Source: the human T2T-CHM13v2.0 reference genome, Homo sapiens
NCBI RefSeq assembly: GCF_009914755.1
Contig: NC_060925.1
Strand: one strand, 5' to 3'
DNA: 64,000 bases
Shown here one piece after another: positions 63,520 to 64,000 of the stretch (the stretch's first letter is position 1; the number at the start of each line of letters is the position of its first letter). The notes beneath the pieces are model-generated. The model had not been told where the DNA came from, did not search any database, and was given only the letters and a program-made list of their open reading frames with translations. Both the position numbers and the translations under genes were made by a program.

Positions 63520-64000
63520 TGTTCTAGGGTACATGTGCACACGTGCAGGGTTTGATACATAGGTATACATGTGACATGTTGGTTTGCTGTACCCATCAAC
63601 TCATCATTTACAACTCACCGTATGTCTTTACAGTAGCATGATTTATAATCCTTTGGGTATATACCCAGTAATGGGATTGCTGGGTCAACTGGTAATTCTA
63701 GTTCTAGATCACTGAGGAATTGTGACACTGTCTTCCACAATGGTTGAACTAATTTACACTCCCACCAACAGTGTAAAAGTGTTCCTGTTTTTCCACATCC
63801 TCCACAGCATCTGTTGTTTCCTGACTTTTTAATGATTGCCATTCTAACTTGCGTGAGATGGTATCTCATTGTGGTTTTGATTTGCATTTCTCTGATGACC
63901 AGTGACGATGAGCATTTTTTCATGTGTCTGTTGGCTGCATATACAGACATATATATATGTCTCAAAAGAAGACTGTTTTGAGAAGTGTCTGTTCATATCC
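63520..64000 (-). mobile_element. L1PA 3' end with internal deletion, runs off the window
   Basis: agggtacatgtgcac 3' UTR start. ORF2 C-terminus [14 protein letters not shown]...[10 protein letters not shown]. Confidence 0.9.

Overview
Repeat-rich, AT-rich primate genomic DNA, very probably human because it carries an SVA_F-type element. The window is the middle of the GH47 Golgi alpha-1,2-mannosidase gene MAN1A2 on the + strand. Four internal coding exons (1649-1729, 23657-23751, 41919-42042, 47768-47861; probably exons 5-8) splice in frame to [131 protein letters not shown]. The rest is intronic, mostly transposable elements: an antisense full-length SVA, old and young L1s, Alus, Tigger/MER DNA transposons, THE1/MLT/ERV LTRs, L2 and MIR. 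I found no convincing new multi-gene system. The most interesting observations are: (1) a one-LTR THE1 provirus that starts at its PBS end and is flanked by a ~570-bp direct duplication; (2) a candidate unannotated phase-2 exon in the intron after 23751, with a branch point and a peptide resembling the next exon; (3) the antisense SVA with an atypical hexamer head; (4) two twin-primed L1s, one with an unidentified ~0.85-kb segment at the inversion junction; (5) several templated-insertion and template-switch scars. Repeat subfamily names and most repeat boundaries come from by-eye recognition and are approximate. Exon numbering is from memory.
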